Shown: positions 52,813 through 61,842 of the stretch, in pieces
How positions within the stretch are numbered: the first letter of the stretch is position 1
Layout: every line of letters begins with the position of its first letter
NCBI GenBank assembly: GCA_965218585.1
Contig: CBDCLE010000017.1
Location: forward strand, 96,001 to 160,000
Source of the DNA: Terriglobia bacterium
GTDB taxonomy: Bacteria; Acidobacteriota; Terriglobia; 20CM-2-55-15
Direction: 5' to 3'
Length of the DNA: 64,000 nt
Notes under the pieces: generated by a model
Told to the model about the DNA's origin: nothing
Database searches by the model: none
The model's input: the letters and a program-made list of their open reading frames with translations, nothing else
Made by a program: the position numbers and the translations under genes

Positions 52813-52856
52813 GGCTGTCACGTCCTTTCTCAAAGAACCCGCTACCGCCCGGCTAT

Positions 52857-53246
52857 CTACTGAAAGAAATTCGGCCTATTGCCAAGGATCGTTCCATCCG
52901 TTTTTTCAACCCGGACGATGATGCCCACAGGACGGCCGTTCTTGGCCGGATTCATGTGAACAGTAACGGTCTCGCCCGGCTCAAGGATCTCTCGGCTCCA
53001 GCCAGCCCGGCGGAGCATCCCCGGCGCTCGGCCCTCTGCTCTCCATTCCTGCCTATCTCCGTTCTCATCTTCAACCGACAGGTACAGCCACGTGTGAGGA
53101 TTCGACCAGCGCCATTCGGTCACGACTCCGGTCACCGTCATGATCTGGTCGCTCTCGTAGGCCGAGTTGCTGTGGTGGGACGTTGCCGGAAAAGCCAAGA
53201 GAATGATCGCGGCCACTACTGAAAGAGCTATTGTTCGTATCCGCAT
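52857..53246 (-). CDS. DUF6152 family exported protein
   Basis: Signal peptide followed by HHS, W-NPH, W-AEG, PGETVTV. Confidence 0.8.
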   Translation of the reverse strand: MRIRTIALSVVAAIILLAFPATSHHSNSAYESDQIMTVTGVVTEWRWSNPHTWLYLSVEDENGDRQEWRAEGRAPGMLRRAGWSREILEPGETVTVHMNPAKNGRPVGIIVRVEKTDGTILGNRPNFFQ

Positions 53247-53412
53247 TGACGGGGACCTCGTTTCTCGGACGTCGGCCAACCGAACGTCGTCACCCCAACG
53301 CAATGTATCAGTCCGAACTTTGGCGGTCAATATCCACAACGCCGAGATCCGCATCAAAGGAAATCGCCTCTACGTTGATCTTCAATTCTGGGTCCGTTAA
53401 CATTCCAGACCA

Positions 53413-53670
53413 ATGGGTAAGAAAAAGAAACTCGTGATCGCAGCAGTCGCAACGGCGGCAGCAGGCGCGGCCGGCGCAAGTATTCTGCTTCGGAAAGCCG
53501 CAAACAAGAAAAAATCGATGCCCGGCATTTACCGTGGAAGCCATACTTCGAAGACACTCCACCAAACCGGTTGCCGTTACTACGACTCCAAGAAACTGAC
53601 TCGAGTATTTAGAGATCTTGCCAAAGCTTTGGATGCGGGATATCGGCCGTGTAAGATTTGTATTCCATGA
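53413..53670 (+). CDS. Small protein with N-terminal hydrophobic anchor and Ada-like metal-binding domain
   Basis: HQTGCRY ... AGYRPCKICIP. Confidence 0.65.
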   Translation: MGKKKKLVIAAVATAAAGAAGASILLRKAANKKKSMPGIYRGSHTSKTLHQTGCRYYDSKKLTRVFRDLAKALDAGYRPCKICIP

Positions 53671-53707
53671 GCACTGCAAGAGTTACCAACTTGGATTGGC
53701 CCATCGG

Positions 53708-54923
53708 CTAGTTCACGAATGCGAACACGAGCTGCGAACGCCCGTTGACGCCCTGGTGACCCGCAACACCGTCTTCACCCGGGACGACCTCATTCCATAT
53801 CAGCGCAAAGCCGTCTTCGCTGGGGCGGATGGCAGGGATAAGCGAATGCGTCTCGTTGTCGGTCAATTGCTGGGCGGGACCCACGCGTTCTCCGCTCGAA
53901 TCGAAAGACTGAAAGTAGATCTCGTCCTGTCCGGCGGTATCGTCGTTCCAGGCCAAACCGAATCGCGGTGCGTTCCAGGCAATAAAGGCACCGATAGATT
54001 CACCGGGTGTGGACGTCACGCGAACGGCACCAACTTCAAAGTGTATCTTTAAGCCCTTCGATATAACCAGCTGCTAAATATACCTCTTCGTTGCCGTATC
54101 GACGATCCCACCATGTGAGGGCGACCCTGTCCTCTCCGAACGCCAGGTCCGGATGTTTCGAGTCAAAACCATCGTCTGCTGTCAGCCGAACAGGTTCGCT
54201 TCCGGCGACAGCCTCGACGAGAAACAGCTCATCCGCGCGGGTCTCGACCGAGGCGTCGTAGGCCACCCAGGGCACACCTTGCGGACCCAGCTTCGCATTC
54301 AGATTCCATGTTCTCTGACTCGCTTCACCGAGTCGCCACGGCTCGGTGAGTGGCTGCCCTTCAAAGTCGTACCACGCCGCCCAGACTTCACGGTTCTCTC
54401 CCCTGTCGTCTTCAACCCAGGCACAGAAGATTTCCGTGTCCCGAACCAGAACCACCGGGATGCGCCCGTTACGCCCCTCGGCCGAAATCGTCCGGACCCA
54501 TTCTTCGGTGCCGTTCTGATTCCATAGTCCCAGTTTGGCCTCATACGTCGCCAGGTTAGTTCGGTCGTACCAGACAACTGCCATCCCCTCGCCTGCCGCG
54601 GCAATGTCAGCCTCGTATGAAGCTTCCGAGCTCTCGGTCACCCGCCGTTCAGGGCCTTCCGGGGTTCCATCCGAACCCAGCAGGCGCAGATAGATCTCGG
54701 CCTGACCGTCGCGCGTGTCATACCACGCCGCAGCAAAACCTTCCCCGAAAACCGACATGCTGGGTTCATACGCACCAGCGCTGCTGTCGGTCACCTGGAC
54801 GGCATCAAAGGATGGACTCGCCGGAGATTGGGCTCGAACCAGAAGGCCCACGTTGAGGAGAGCGAAGACGAAGAGAAGCGACGAGGAACGAGTCCGGCGT
54901 GACGAGCGTAGAAGGGACAGCAT
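53708..54923 (-). CDS. Exported repeat (beta-propeller-like) hypothetical protein; frameshift near 54039
   Basis: Repeated AW-D-R-G--EIY units; co-oriented 16 bp after the CobN-like gene; extra T splits the ORF. Confidence 0.65.
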
Positions 54924-54939
54924 CCCGTAAAGAACTCCC

Positions 54940-57900
54940 TTAAGAGACACCGCGGCGCCACCGCCAGGCAAACAGAAGGCCAAGTAGCGGAAGCCCGACC
55001 CACAGACCATCCCAACTACCGTTGCCCAATTCACCTGACGCGGCCTGTGGCACCGGTTGGGACTGCTCGGTTTCGGTCATCAGGAACCCTTCGACCTCAG
55101 GACGCGCAGCAGGAACATTCTCAAACAGTGTTTCATTTCTCCGGACAAAGTCTTCAACGGCCGCCGCTGCGCTCGTAATCTGCATGCCGATGGCCTGCTC
55201 CATCGCTTCCTGGAAGCCTTCGATCAGAGGCACGGGTATGTCGAGCGCCGTTGCGCGCTCCAAAACGTATCGAGACAGGCGCGGGTTGCCACAGGTGTGC
55301 TCTGCACATCCCACTCCATGACGGCTGACACTGTCGAGATACTCCTCGAGAAGCCGTGTTTCCGTTTCCACATCGGCATCCCAGTAATCCTTTCGAACGG
55401 TCTCGAGCATGCGCGCCGTCAAATCCTGGTACGCGAACGGAGAGTTCTCTTCGAAGAAATCCTGCATACCGAGTTCGTGCTTGTCTTCGACGTAAACCTC
55501 AAAGGACTCCTGCCACATAGGATCGTCGATGACTTCACGAACTGTGGCTTCCCACCCCCACAGGTACTCGACAAACGAACGCATCTCGCCCGCGCCGGCA
55601 TAACCTTCCTTCTTCATGCCTTCGATCCATGTCGGATTCACGTAGCGGGAGCGGAACTCCGTCCCGATGAACTCATCGATCGTCGTCATCTCGGATTTGC
55701 CGGGATCGCGCGTATTCGTAACGACCATTTCAGGTGTCGTCCCATCGATATTCCGGACAGCCGCGGCCAGTCCACCCATGTACATATAGAAATCGTCGTT
55801 ATCCAATGCGCCGTACAACATCGTCGAACTGCTATGAACAACCTTTTCTGTTCCAGAAAGCGCGAGGCGGAACACGTCTTCCATCGGCTCGCCCCAGAAA
55901 CCGTTCCCGAAACCGTGCCCCATCTTGGTCAGATATTCGTCCGTCATCGCCCGGTCGTCATCCCAGGTACCGCTGGCGGTGATGATGTTGGAGGTGTTCA
56001 GCTCGTACGTCCCCGGGGGTTCATCAAAAATCCGAACGCCCGCACGCAGATCTGCATCTTCTTCGGAGTATCCGTTCTCCATAAGAATGGACTTCGTTTC
56101 CAGATAGTGATCCCGTACGTAATTCTCGGCCTCTTCGATGAGTTTGACCCGCTGCACGGCCTCATCCATCAGACGCGTGACATTGTTGAACATGCCTTCG
56201 GCAGCCGAGGCGATGACGATATCCACACGGGGCCGGCCCAATTGAATGCTGGGCACAATGTCAACGCCCACGACATCGCCGCGCACATCCCAAACAGGCC
56301 GTGTGCCCAGCAGGTGGAAAATCTGCGACTCGATGATGCCCTCATGACGCATCGTCTCGTCTCCCCAGATCACAAACGAAACCTTCTGGGGATAGCGGCC
56401 GTTCTGCTCGAGATGGTCGGCCAGCATCTGATCGGCCAGGTCTACACCCAGTTCCCAGGCCGCGGGCTTGGGGACCTTGTCCGGATCCACTCCGTAGAAG
56501 TTATTCCCTGTTGGATAGGAATCCGGATTCCGAATGGGCTCTCCACCAGGGCCGGTGGGAACAAAGCCGCCGCCCAATGCACCGAGAAGGCCCGCCATTT
56601 CGCGTGGTCCCGAACCGACAATCCGGTCTTCCATATCCCCGGACAGAACTTCGACGTCGTTAGGCAGCAGACTCCGGTCCACCGAAACGATCGCATCAAT
56701 CGTGCTGTCACGAAGTGCTTTCTCCGGGACGCGGCCGAATGCATGTAGACCGAACGGAATGTTCTGGCTTCGCAGATCGACCATGTGAGCCTGAATCTCG
56801 TGGATCATGTCATCGTCGAGCGCGCTCGCGGCCGGCAGATCGAGTCCGAGATCCTTTGCGATTCCGAGTTCGATAACCTGCTCGCGAATCTCGCCGGCAA
56901 AGGCAAGACTCAGTTCCGGATTCTCGTGGAGGTTCCTGTCGTAGTCGTTGATGCTCTCACTCAAGGCCGCCAGTTCGGGATACAGACCGCCTTTCCGGAA
57001 CGGCGGCACCATGTGGTCGACCAACGTCGCCATGCCCCGGCGACGCGCTACAAGACCCTCACCAACAACATCTACGTTGTAGATGTAAAGATCGGGTAGA
57101 TCCGCCATCAGCGCGTCGGAGGGATCGTCTTCGCCGAGACCCATGTCCTTGCCCGGAAGCCATTCCAGTGTGCCGTGTGTCCCCAAATGAACGACGGCGT
57201 CCGCACCGTAACCGTTCCGGAGCCACCCGTACGTCGCCACGTATTGATGGTGAGGAGCGATATCCTTCGCATGATAAAGCTTCTCTTCGTCCTCGCCTTT
57301 GGCACGCGCGGGTTGAGGCATCACGATAACGTTGCCGTATTGAACGGCGGGAATGACAAGGCTCGGACCATCCGGACCATCGGCCGCCATCAACGTCGTG
57401 TCGGCCGGATCTCCCCAGTCTGCGAGAACCTTGTCTCTGAACGCCGGTGCATAGCCGCCCAGCCACTCCCGATAGTCCGTTACGGGTACCCGTATCGCCG
57501 TTCCTTCCTCGAGCAACGCTTCCAGTTCTCCCGGAGCGTAACCACCGACGTTACGGGCTTTCGTCGTGATGTCCTCAAGGACGCTTTCGGCTGAAAGATC
57601 CGCCTCACCCACGTCGTAGCCTTCCTGTCGAAATCCCTGGAGGATGTTCGCCAGTGATTCGGCCACATTCAGATAGCTGGCTCCGATACCGGCCTTTCCA
57701 GGCGGGTAGTTGTAAAACATCAGCGCCACCCGCTTTTCGGCATTTGGAGTGACCCTGAGTTTTCCGTAACGGAGTGCCCTCTGGACGGCTACCCTCACAC
57801 GGGAAGCGATTGGACGACGTATCACAAACGTCAGACCCGTATCTTCGTCTACGATCTTTTCCTGGCTTCCGACAACGGTAGGCGCAACCGTTCCCGCAAT

Positions 57901-58872
57901 TTCCGGAACGGCTACCTGAAACGTGCCCTCAAAAATAGAAAGCCCCGTTTTCGACTCGCGCCATTCCTCTTCAGTTCTTCCGTACAGGCTGATCATGCTG
58001 ACGACAGGAATATCCAGTCGCTCGAGGGCTTTCGCGGCGTCGAAATCGGCGAAACGGAACAAGAACGCCAGCGACGTGTCCGCGCGCGCCTGGGCGTTGT
58101 CATCCAGCAACAACTGCTCGAAAGTGACGCCTCCGGGATAACCGAACATGGGGATGGCTTCGGCTCCCTGACTTTCGATCTCGGCTATGACCGCGTTGAG
58201 TAATTCCGTGTCCCCACCGTAGTAAGTCGCCTTGTAGAAACCGACCGCGACCCGCAAGGCACCGGGCCTCGTTTTCCCGTTGGCACTACGCCAGGCGTCG
58301 AATTCATCCCACGTGGCGAAGATCCTGCCGGCGGCCCCTTCCGGGTAGTAATAGCCAAAGTCCAGTGCGGGCTGAGGCTCTGGAATCGTCAGGTCCGTGA
58401 CGCCGGCGTGGAGAAGAGCCTGTTTGATCAGGCCGACCTGATTGCTGAATCCCGAGCCCATCCAGAAAGCGTGCGCACGTTCATCCCATACCGCACCCTG
58501 GTCTGTATAGTTCTCCCGCGGCATGATTCCGCGGCCCACAGCCAGAACCGTACCGCGCCGGGCAACATCTCCGATAACATCGACGTCGTGCGCCGCGTTG
58601 AAGCGGTCGACCATCTCCTGGTTCATCATATCCAGGACGAGGACGTCTGAACCGATGACGTCTCGAGGGTCGGTTTCGTCGAAAACGGATTCTGTGAGGA
58701 AGTCTATCGAGACCTGGCCGCGCAGATCCGGCCGCTCTTCCAGCAGTTCCTTGTAAGCCAGGATCGTTCCCGGCATGTTCCCATCGGAAAAGACGTAGGT
58801 CACCCGTTGCGCCGATGCCGGCACCCACAGCAGGCAATACAGGAGCGCCAGGCTGGAAATCCGTTGAATCAT
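54940..58872 (-). CDS. Exported, membrane-anchored CobN/Mg-chelatase H family protein (HmuS/BtuS-like)
   Basis: YNYPPG, HLGTHGTLEWLPGK, PTGNNFY, GRPRVD, RYVNPTWIEGMKKEGYAGA; Sec signal ending ASA; C-terminal TM helix followed by RWRR. Confidence 0.9.
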   Translation of the reverse strand: MIQRISSLALLYCLLWVPASAQRVTYVFSDGNMPGTILAYKELLEERPDLRGQVSIDFLTESVFDETDPRDVIGSDVLVLDMMNQEMVDRFNAAHDVDVIGDVARRGTVLAVGRGIMPRENYTDQGAVWDERAHAFWMGSGFSNQVGLIKQALLHAGVTDLTIPEPQPALDFGYYYPEGAAGRIFATWDEFDAWRSANGKTRPGALRVAVGFYKATYYGGDTELLNAVIAEIESQGAEAIPMFGYPGGVTFEQLLLDDNAQARADTSLAFLFRFADFDAAKALERLDIPVVSMISLYGRTEEEWRESKTGLSIFEGTFQVAVPEIAGTVAPTVVGSQEKIVDEDTGLTFVIRRPIASRVRVAVQRALRYGKLRVTPNAEKRVALMFYNYPPGKAGIGASYLNVAESLANILQGFRQEGYDVGEADLSAESVLEDITTKARNVGGYAPGELEALLEEGTAIRVPVTDYREWLGGYAPAFRDKVLADWGDPADTTLMAADGPDGPSLVIPAVQYGNVIVMPQPARAKGEDEEKLYHAKDIAPHHQYVATYGWLRNGYGADAVVHLGTHGTLEWLPGKDMGLGEDDPSDALMADLPDLYIYNVDVVGEGLVARRRGMATLVDHMVPPFRKGGLYPELAALSESINDYDRNLHENPELSLAFAGEIREQVIELGIAKDLGLDLPAASALDDDMIHEIQAHMVDLRSQNIPFGLHAFGRVPEKALRDSTIDAIVSVDRSLLPNDVEVLSGDMEDRIVGSGPREMAGLLGALGGGFVPTGPGGEPIRNPDSYPTGNNFYGVDPDKVPKPAAWELGVDLADQMLADHLEQNGRYPQKVSFVIWGDETMRHEGIIESQIFHLLGTRPVWDVRGDVVGVDIVPSIQLGRPRVDIVIASAAEGMFNNVTRLMDEAVQRVKLIEEAENYVRDHYLETKSILMENGYSEEDADLRAGVRIFDEPPGTYELNTSNIITASGTWDDDRAMTDEYLTKMGHGFGNGFWGEPMEDVFRLALSGTEKVVHSSSTMLYGALDNDDFYMYMGGLAAAVRNIDGTTPEMVVTNTRDPGKSEMTTIDEFIGTEFRSRYVNPTWIEGMKKEGYAGAGEMRSFVEYLWGWEATVREVIDDPMWQESFEVYVEDKHELGMQDFFEENSPFAYQDLTARMLETVRKDYWDADVETETRLLEEYLDSVSRHGVGCAEHTCGNPRLSRYVLERATALDIPVPLIEGFQEAMEQAIGMQITSAAAAVEDFVRRNETLFENVPAARPEVEGFLMTETEQSQPVPQAASGELGNGSWDGLWVGLPLLGLLFAWRWRRGVS

Positions 58873-59231
58873 TGCCCTGCCGGCACCTCGCCCAATTCGT
58901 CATCGGGCACGTAGATGATCTGCCCATCTGCCAGACGGTACGCTGTCCCGAGTCGTTCGCCATCGCCACCCATGGTTTCGCCTGTCAACTCGTACGCGTC
59001 GATTTCTGTTCCTCTCTTGACGATGATCTCGCGTAAACCCTGTGAGTCGGTCCGGACCATCGTTACATCAGAGTTGGGGTCCATGAGATCACCCATCCGG
59101 TAGACGGAGAAGAGCGTGATCATCAATCCCACGATGAAAACCACCGCCACGTCAAAGATGTTCGCTACTCCCGAAAGTGGATCTTCATCGGGAATTTCAT
59201 CGGGTGAAGGCAAATGCAAAAAACGACCCAT
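58869..59231 (-). CDS. DUF2149 family membrane protein
   Basis: DPLSGVANIFDVAVVF, GERLGTAYRLADGQIIYVP; ATGA overlap with the chelatase. Confidence 0.88.
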   Translation of the reverse strand: MGRFLHLPSPDEIPDEDPLSGVANIFDVAVVFIVGLMITLFSVYRMGDLMDPNSDVTMVRTDSQGLREIIVKRGTEIDAYELTGETMGGDGERLGTAYRLADGQIIYVPDDELGEVPAGQ

Positions 59232-59246
59232 GATTCTTGTTCCTTT

Positions 59247-59903
59247 CTACGTTCCGCGCTTGGCGAACGGTGTGACCCCGCCGGCCGAACGCTCCAGCTC
59301 TCCGGCAACTCGTTCAGCCAAAAATCTTTGTTCGCGTACTGTTTCGTTAACCCAACCATGGCGCACGACCTGGACGACATACGCGATCGTGCCCGCAGAG
59401 AGCCCGATGATCGTCGTTGTGAAGGCCACGACCATCTGCCCGGCCATCGCCTCTATGTTACCGGCCGTCAACGAGGCCAGTGCAGTGCCCATCGGTATCA
59501 ACGTTCCCAGCAACCCCAGACTCGGACCCACCTTCACGAGCATTCGAGACGGGCCCAGCGTTTGCCGCACTCGATGCTCACGCTCCAGTACTATGTGTTC
59601 CAGACCACCGTCACCCAGCGAATCCTGCTCCTTCTCGTCCTCGATATCACGCAACAACGATCGCAAAGGCGCCGGCAGCTGTGTCTGCCGACCCTCGCCC
59701 GCACCCATGACCGGACCTGACTGAAGCCATCCATTCAGATCGAAGCTGTGACGTTCCCGGCGGCGGGCCAGGAATTCTACGACGCAACCCGCAGCCATAG
59801 CCAAGGCCGCGGCCACACATATCCAAAGTAGTGCGATCACAGGCAGGCGCAGCACCTGGCTCAGGGCGAACAGTCCGTTCTCGAGCGTCGGGAGCACGTT
59901 CAT
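59247..59903 (-). CDS. MotA/TolQ/ExbB proton channel family protein
   Basis: GPSLGLLGTLIPM and VAFTTTIIGL helices. Confidence 0.9.
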   Translation of the reverse strand: MNVLPTLENGLFALSQVLRLPVIALLWICVAAALAMAAGCVVEFLARRRERHSFDLNGWLQSGPVMGAGEGRQTQLPAPLRSLLRDIEDEKEQDSLGDGGLEHIVLEREHRVRQTLGPSRMLVKVGPSLGLLGTLIPMGTALASLTAGNIEAMAGQMVVAFTTTIIGLSAGTIAYVVQVVRHGWVNETVREQRFLAERVAGELERSAGGVTPFAKRGT

Positions 59904-60487
59904 CGACGTCTCCAGACCAGGGAATACACGCTCCCGAAAACCACGGAACCGCCTGTCAAAACCAAAACCCAGCCGGACATCTCTGACTCCATTCCCGTTT
60001 CATAGTCCATATTCATCACGCCGGCCGACTCCCATCCCGAAATCACATCGGGTCCTATGGCTACGATCAATGCCAACGCAATGACGGAAAGCAGCGCCTC
60101 CTCGCCGAGAGCGAGAGGCGCAAAATCTGACTGACGCGAGGACATGTACACGGAAACAGCGGGGACGGCCACAGCCAGGGCGAGGGCTCCCGCAACGGGC
60201 ACGTTCTGTATCTGAAGTACAGCAAACCACAAACCCGCCAACGCACCTGCACAAACCGAGGTCAGGACCTCAAGGCCTGGACGTGACAAGTAAGCAATAG
60301 CGATCGCGGCAACGACAAAACCGACCAGCGCCGGGTCGAGGATCCGGTCAGGACCCAGAGCCCAGACCGAGACCACAAAGCCGAGGCCCAGACCTCCGAT
60401 TGCGTTACGGTTGCCCACGGCGGTCGTAGCTAGAGTCGCCGCACCCAAACCGCAGAGCATCCCGAGTGCGTCGATCAATATGTTCAT
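59900..60487 (-). CDS. Multi-pass membrane hypothetical protein, first gene of the chelatase operon
   Basis: Six to seven hydrophobic segments; ATGA overlap with the MotA/ExbB gene. Confidence 0.7.
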   Translation of the reverse strand: MNILIDALGMLCGLGAATLATTAVGNRNAIGGLGLGFVVSVWALGPDRILDPALVGFVVAAIAIAYLSRPGLEVLTSVCAGALAGLWFAVLQIQNVPVAGALALAVAVPAVSVYMSSRQSDFAPLALGEEALLSVIALALIVAIGPDVISGWESAGVMNMDYETGMESEMSGWVLVLTGGSVVFGSVYSLVWRRR

Positions 60488-60670
60488 TCGAGGTCGGCCA
60501 ATAGTTTGCCTGACAGACGGCTCTCACCTGCCGATCAAAACCCGCTAAAGCTGTGCGGCTCTAGAGTATAGCGTAGTGGAGCGTTCGCTGCCGCAACTAG
60601 AGCTTCGCCAGCAGGGACGAGCCCCTATCTAAATGTAGTAGACGACGAAGTTGTTGCTATATGAAGAGTT

Positions 60671-60688
60671 TCTGAATTCTTATTCAGA
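60671..60688. promoter_or_regulatory. Perfect 7-4-7 palindrome upstream of the chelatase operon
   Basis: TCTGAAT-TCTT-ATTCAGA in an AT-rich intergenic stretch. Confidence 0.35.
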
Positions 60689-60723
60689 CTTCCAGGGCAC
60701 CGCGGATGGTCTCCCCAGGCCGG

Positions 60724-61182
60724 CTACTCGCTGGATCTCACCCAATTATCCGGCACCCATCCGGTTTCACCGGCAAATGCGCCGGATTCAACCCGCACAC
60801 GCATCATCGTCAGCCTGATGTCGATGATCAGCACATCTGTTCCGTCCGGCACCATAAAGGCCTGGCCATCCTGCACCAGGGATTGGTAGGCCTCGGCGAC
60901 GGAACCGTATTCGAGAACAGCCTCGGAAAACCCCTCGTCTCTCGCGATGGCGATCTCCGAGGCTCCATCGATGGACAAAACTGCAGGGTTGCCTGTCGCA
61001 AGAAACGCCTCGATATCGCTGTCAAAAAATACGACCCATACCGCCAGGCCGACGATGCAAAGGGTTGGAATCGCCATCAATGCCGCACAACCCAAGGGCG
61101 AAAGACCCAGAACCGTTTCGTGCCCTTCAGAAGGGTACGGCAGATGGTCTACCGGATCGTGATGGTGAACCTCGTCAGCCAT
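60724..61182 (-). CDS. Single-pass membrane hypothetical protein with SH3-like C-terminus
   Basis: One TM helix; VPDGTDVLII...VRVESG...GWVP. Confidence 0.6.
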   Translation of the reverse strand: MADEVHHHDPVDHLPYPSEGHETVLGLSPLGCAALMAIPTLCIVGLAVWVVFFDSDIEAFLATGNPAVLSIDGASEIAIARDEGFSEAVLEYGSVAEAYQSLVQDGQAFMVPDGTDVLIIDIRLTMMRVRVESGAFAGETGWVPDNWVRSSE

Positions 61183-61577
61183 GGCACCTGTATCCGAGAA
61201 CAGAGTCGAATTACGTCAGTACATCATGATCACCTCGACGAGTACCTGCAAGAGGCTGCTGGCGCCTAGAAGCCGAACCACCTGACTTTCTGTCCACCTT
61301 TGCCCTTGCGGATCGGCCTGGCTGACCCGCCACAGCATGGACAATGGGCGTGGAGGTTCCTGGCAATTTTCGGGAGCGCTCCGGATGAAACCCCATACGC
61401 CAGTGCCGTGCCAATACCCGCCATGCCTAAAGCCCACCTGAACCTGGGGTGCCTTCCCAGCGAAAAACCTATGCCGAACATGACTTACCTCCCGTCCCGA
61501 AGACCGGGACTGATAATTACAGGTGCAATCCACATTCCAACAAACTGGATCGTTTTTCAATGCTTTGGACCAGGAGC

Positions 61578-61611
61578 GTCGAGGTCAGTAAGATGTCGAG
61601 GTCAGTAAGAT
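61578..61611 (+). repeat. Perfect 17 bp tandem duplication
   Basis: GTCGAGGTCAGTAAGAT x2. Confidence 0.9.
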
Positions 61612-61842
61612 GCAGTCCGCCAGACTAGCAGAGGTTGGGTTCGGGACCGAAAGAGGAAGGACAGATTGTCGGGCGAAAATGTCCAGAAACGGCTGTTCTT
61701 CCACTCTCGGCATGGCCTTAGATGACTTGAAACTGAGGTTTGACCCGCCCACCCCCCCTCGACTAAGATCATCGCTGCAGCCGGGGAACACACTCGATCG
61801 GAATGGTCGATGGAGGGGAAAGAGTCTGAACCATTCGATGGG

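Noticed and set aside
55057-56748. Long antisense ORFs (e.g. 563 aa here, also 7830-8987 and 44527-45579)
   Set aside because: Shadow frames of high-GC genes with no motifs or RBS
60488-60723. Cobalamin riboswitch ahead of the CobN-like operon
   Set aside because: No B12-box or GGGAA/GCCACTG core elements on the coding strand
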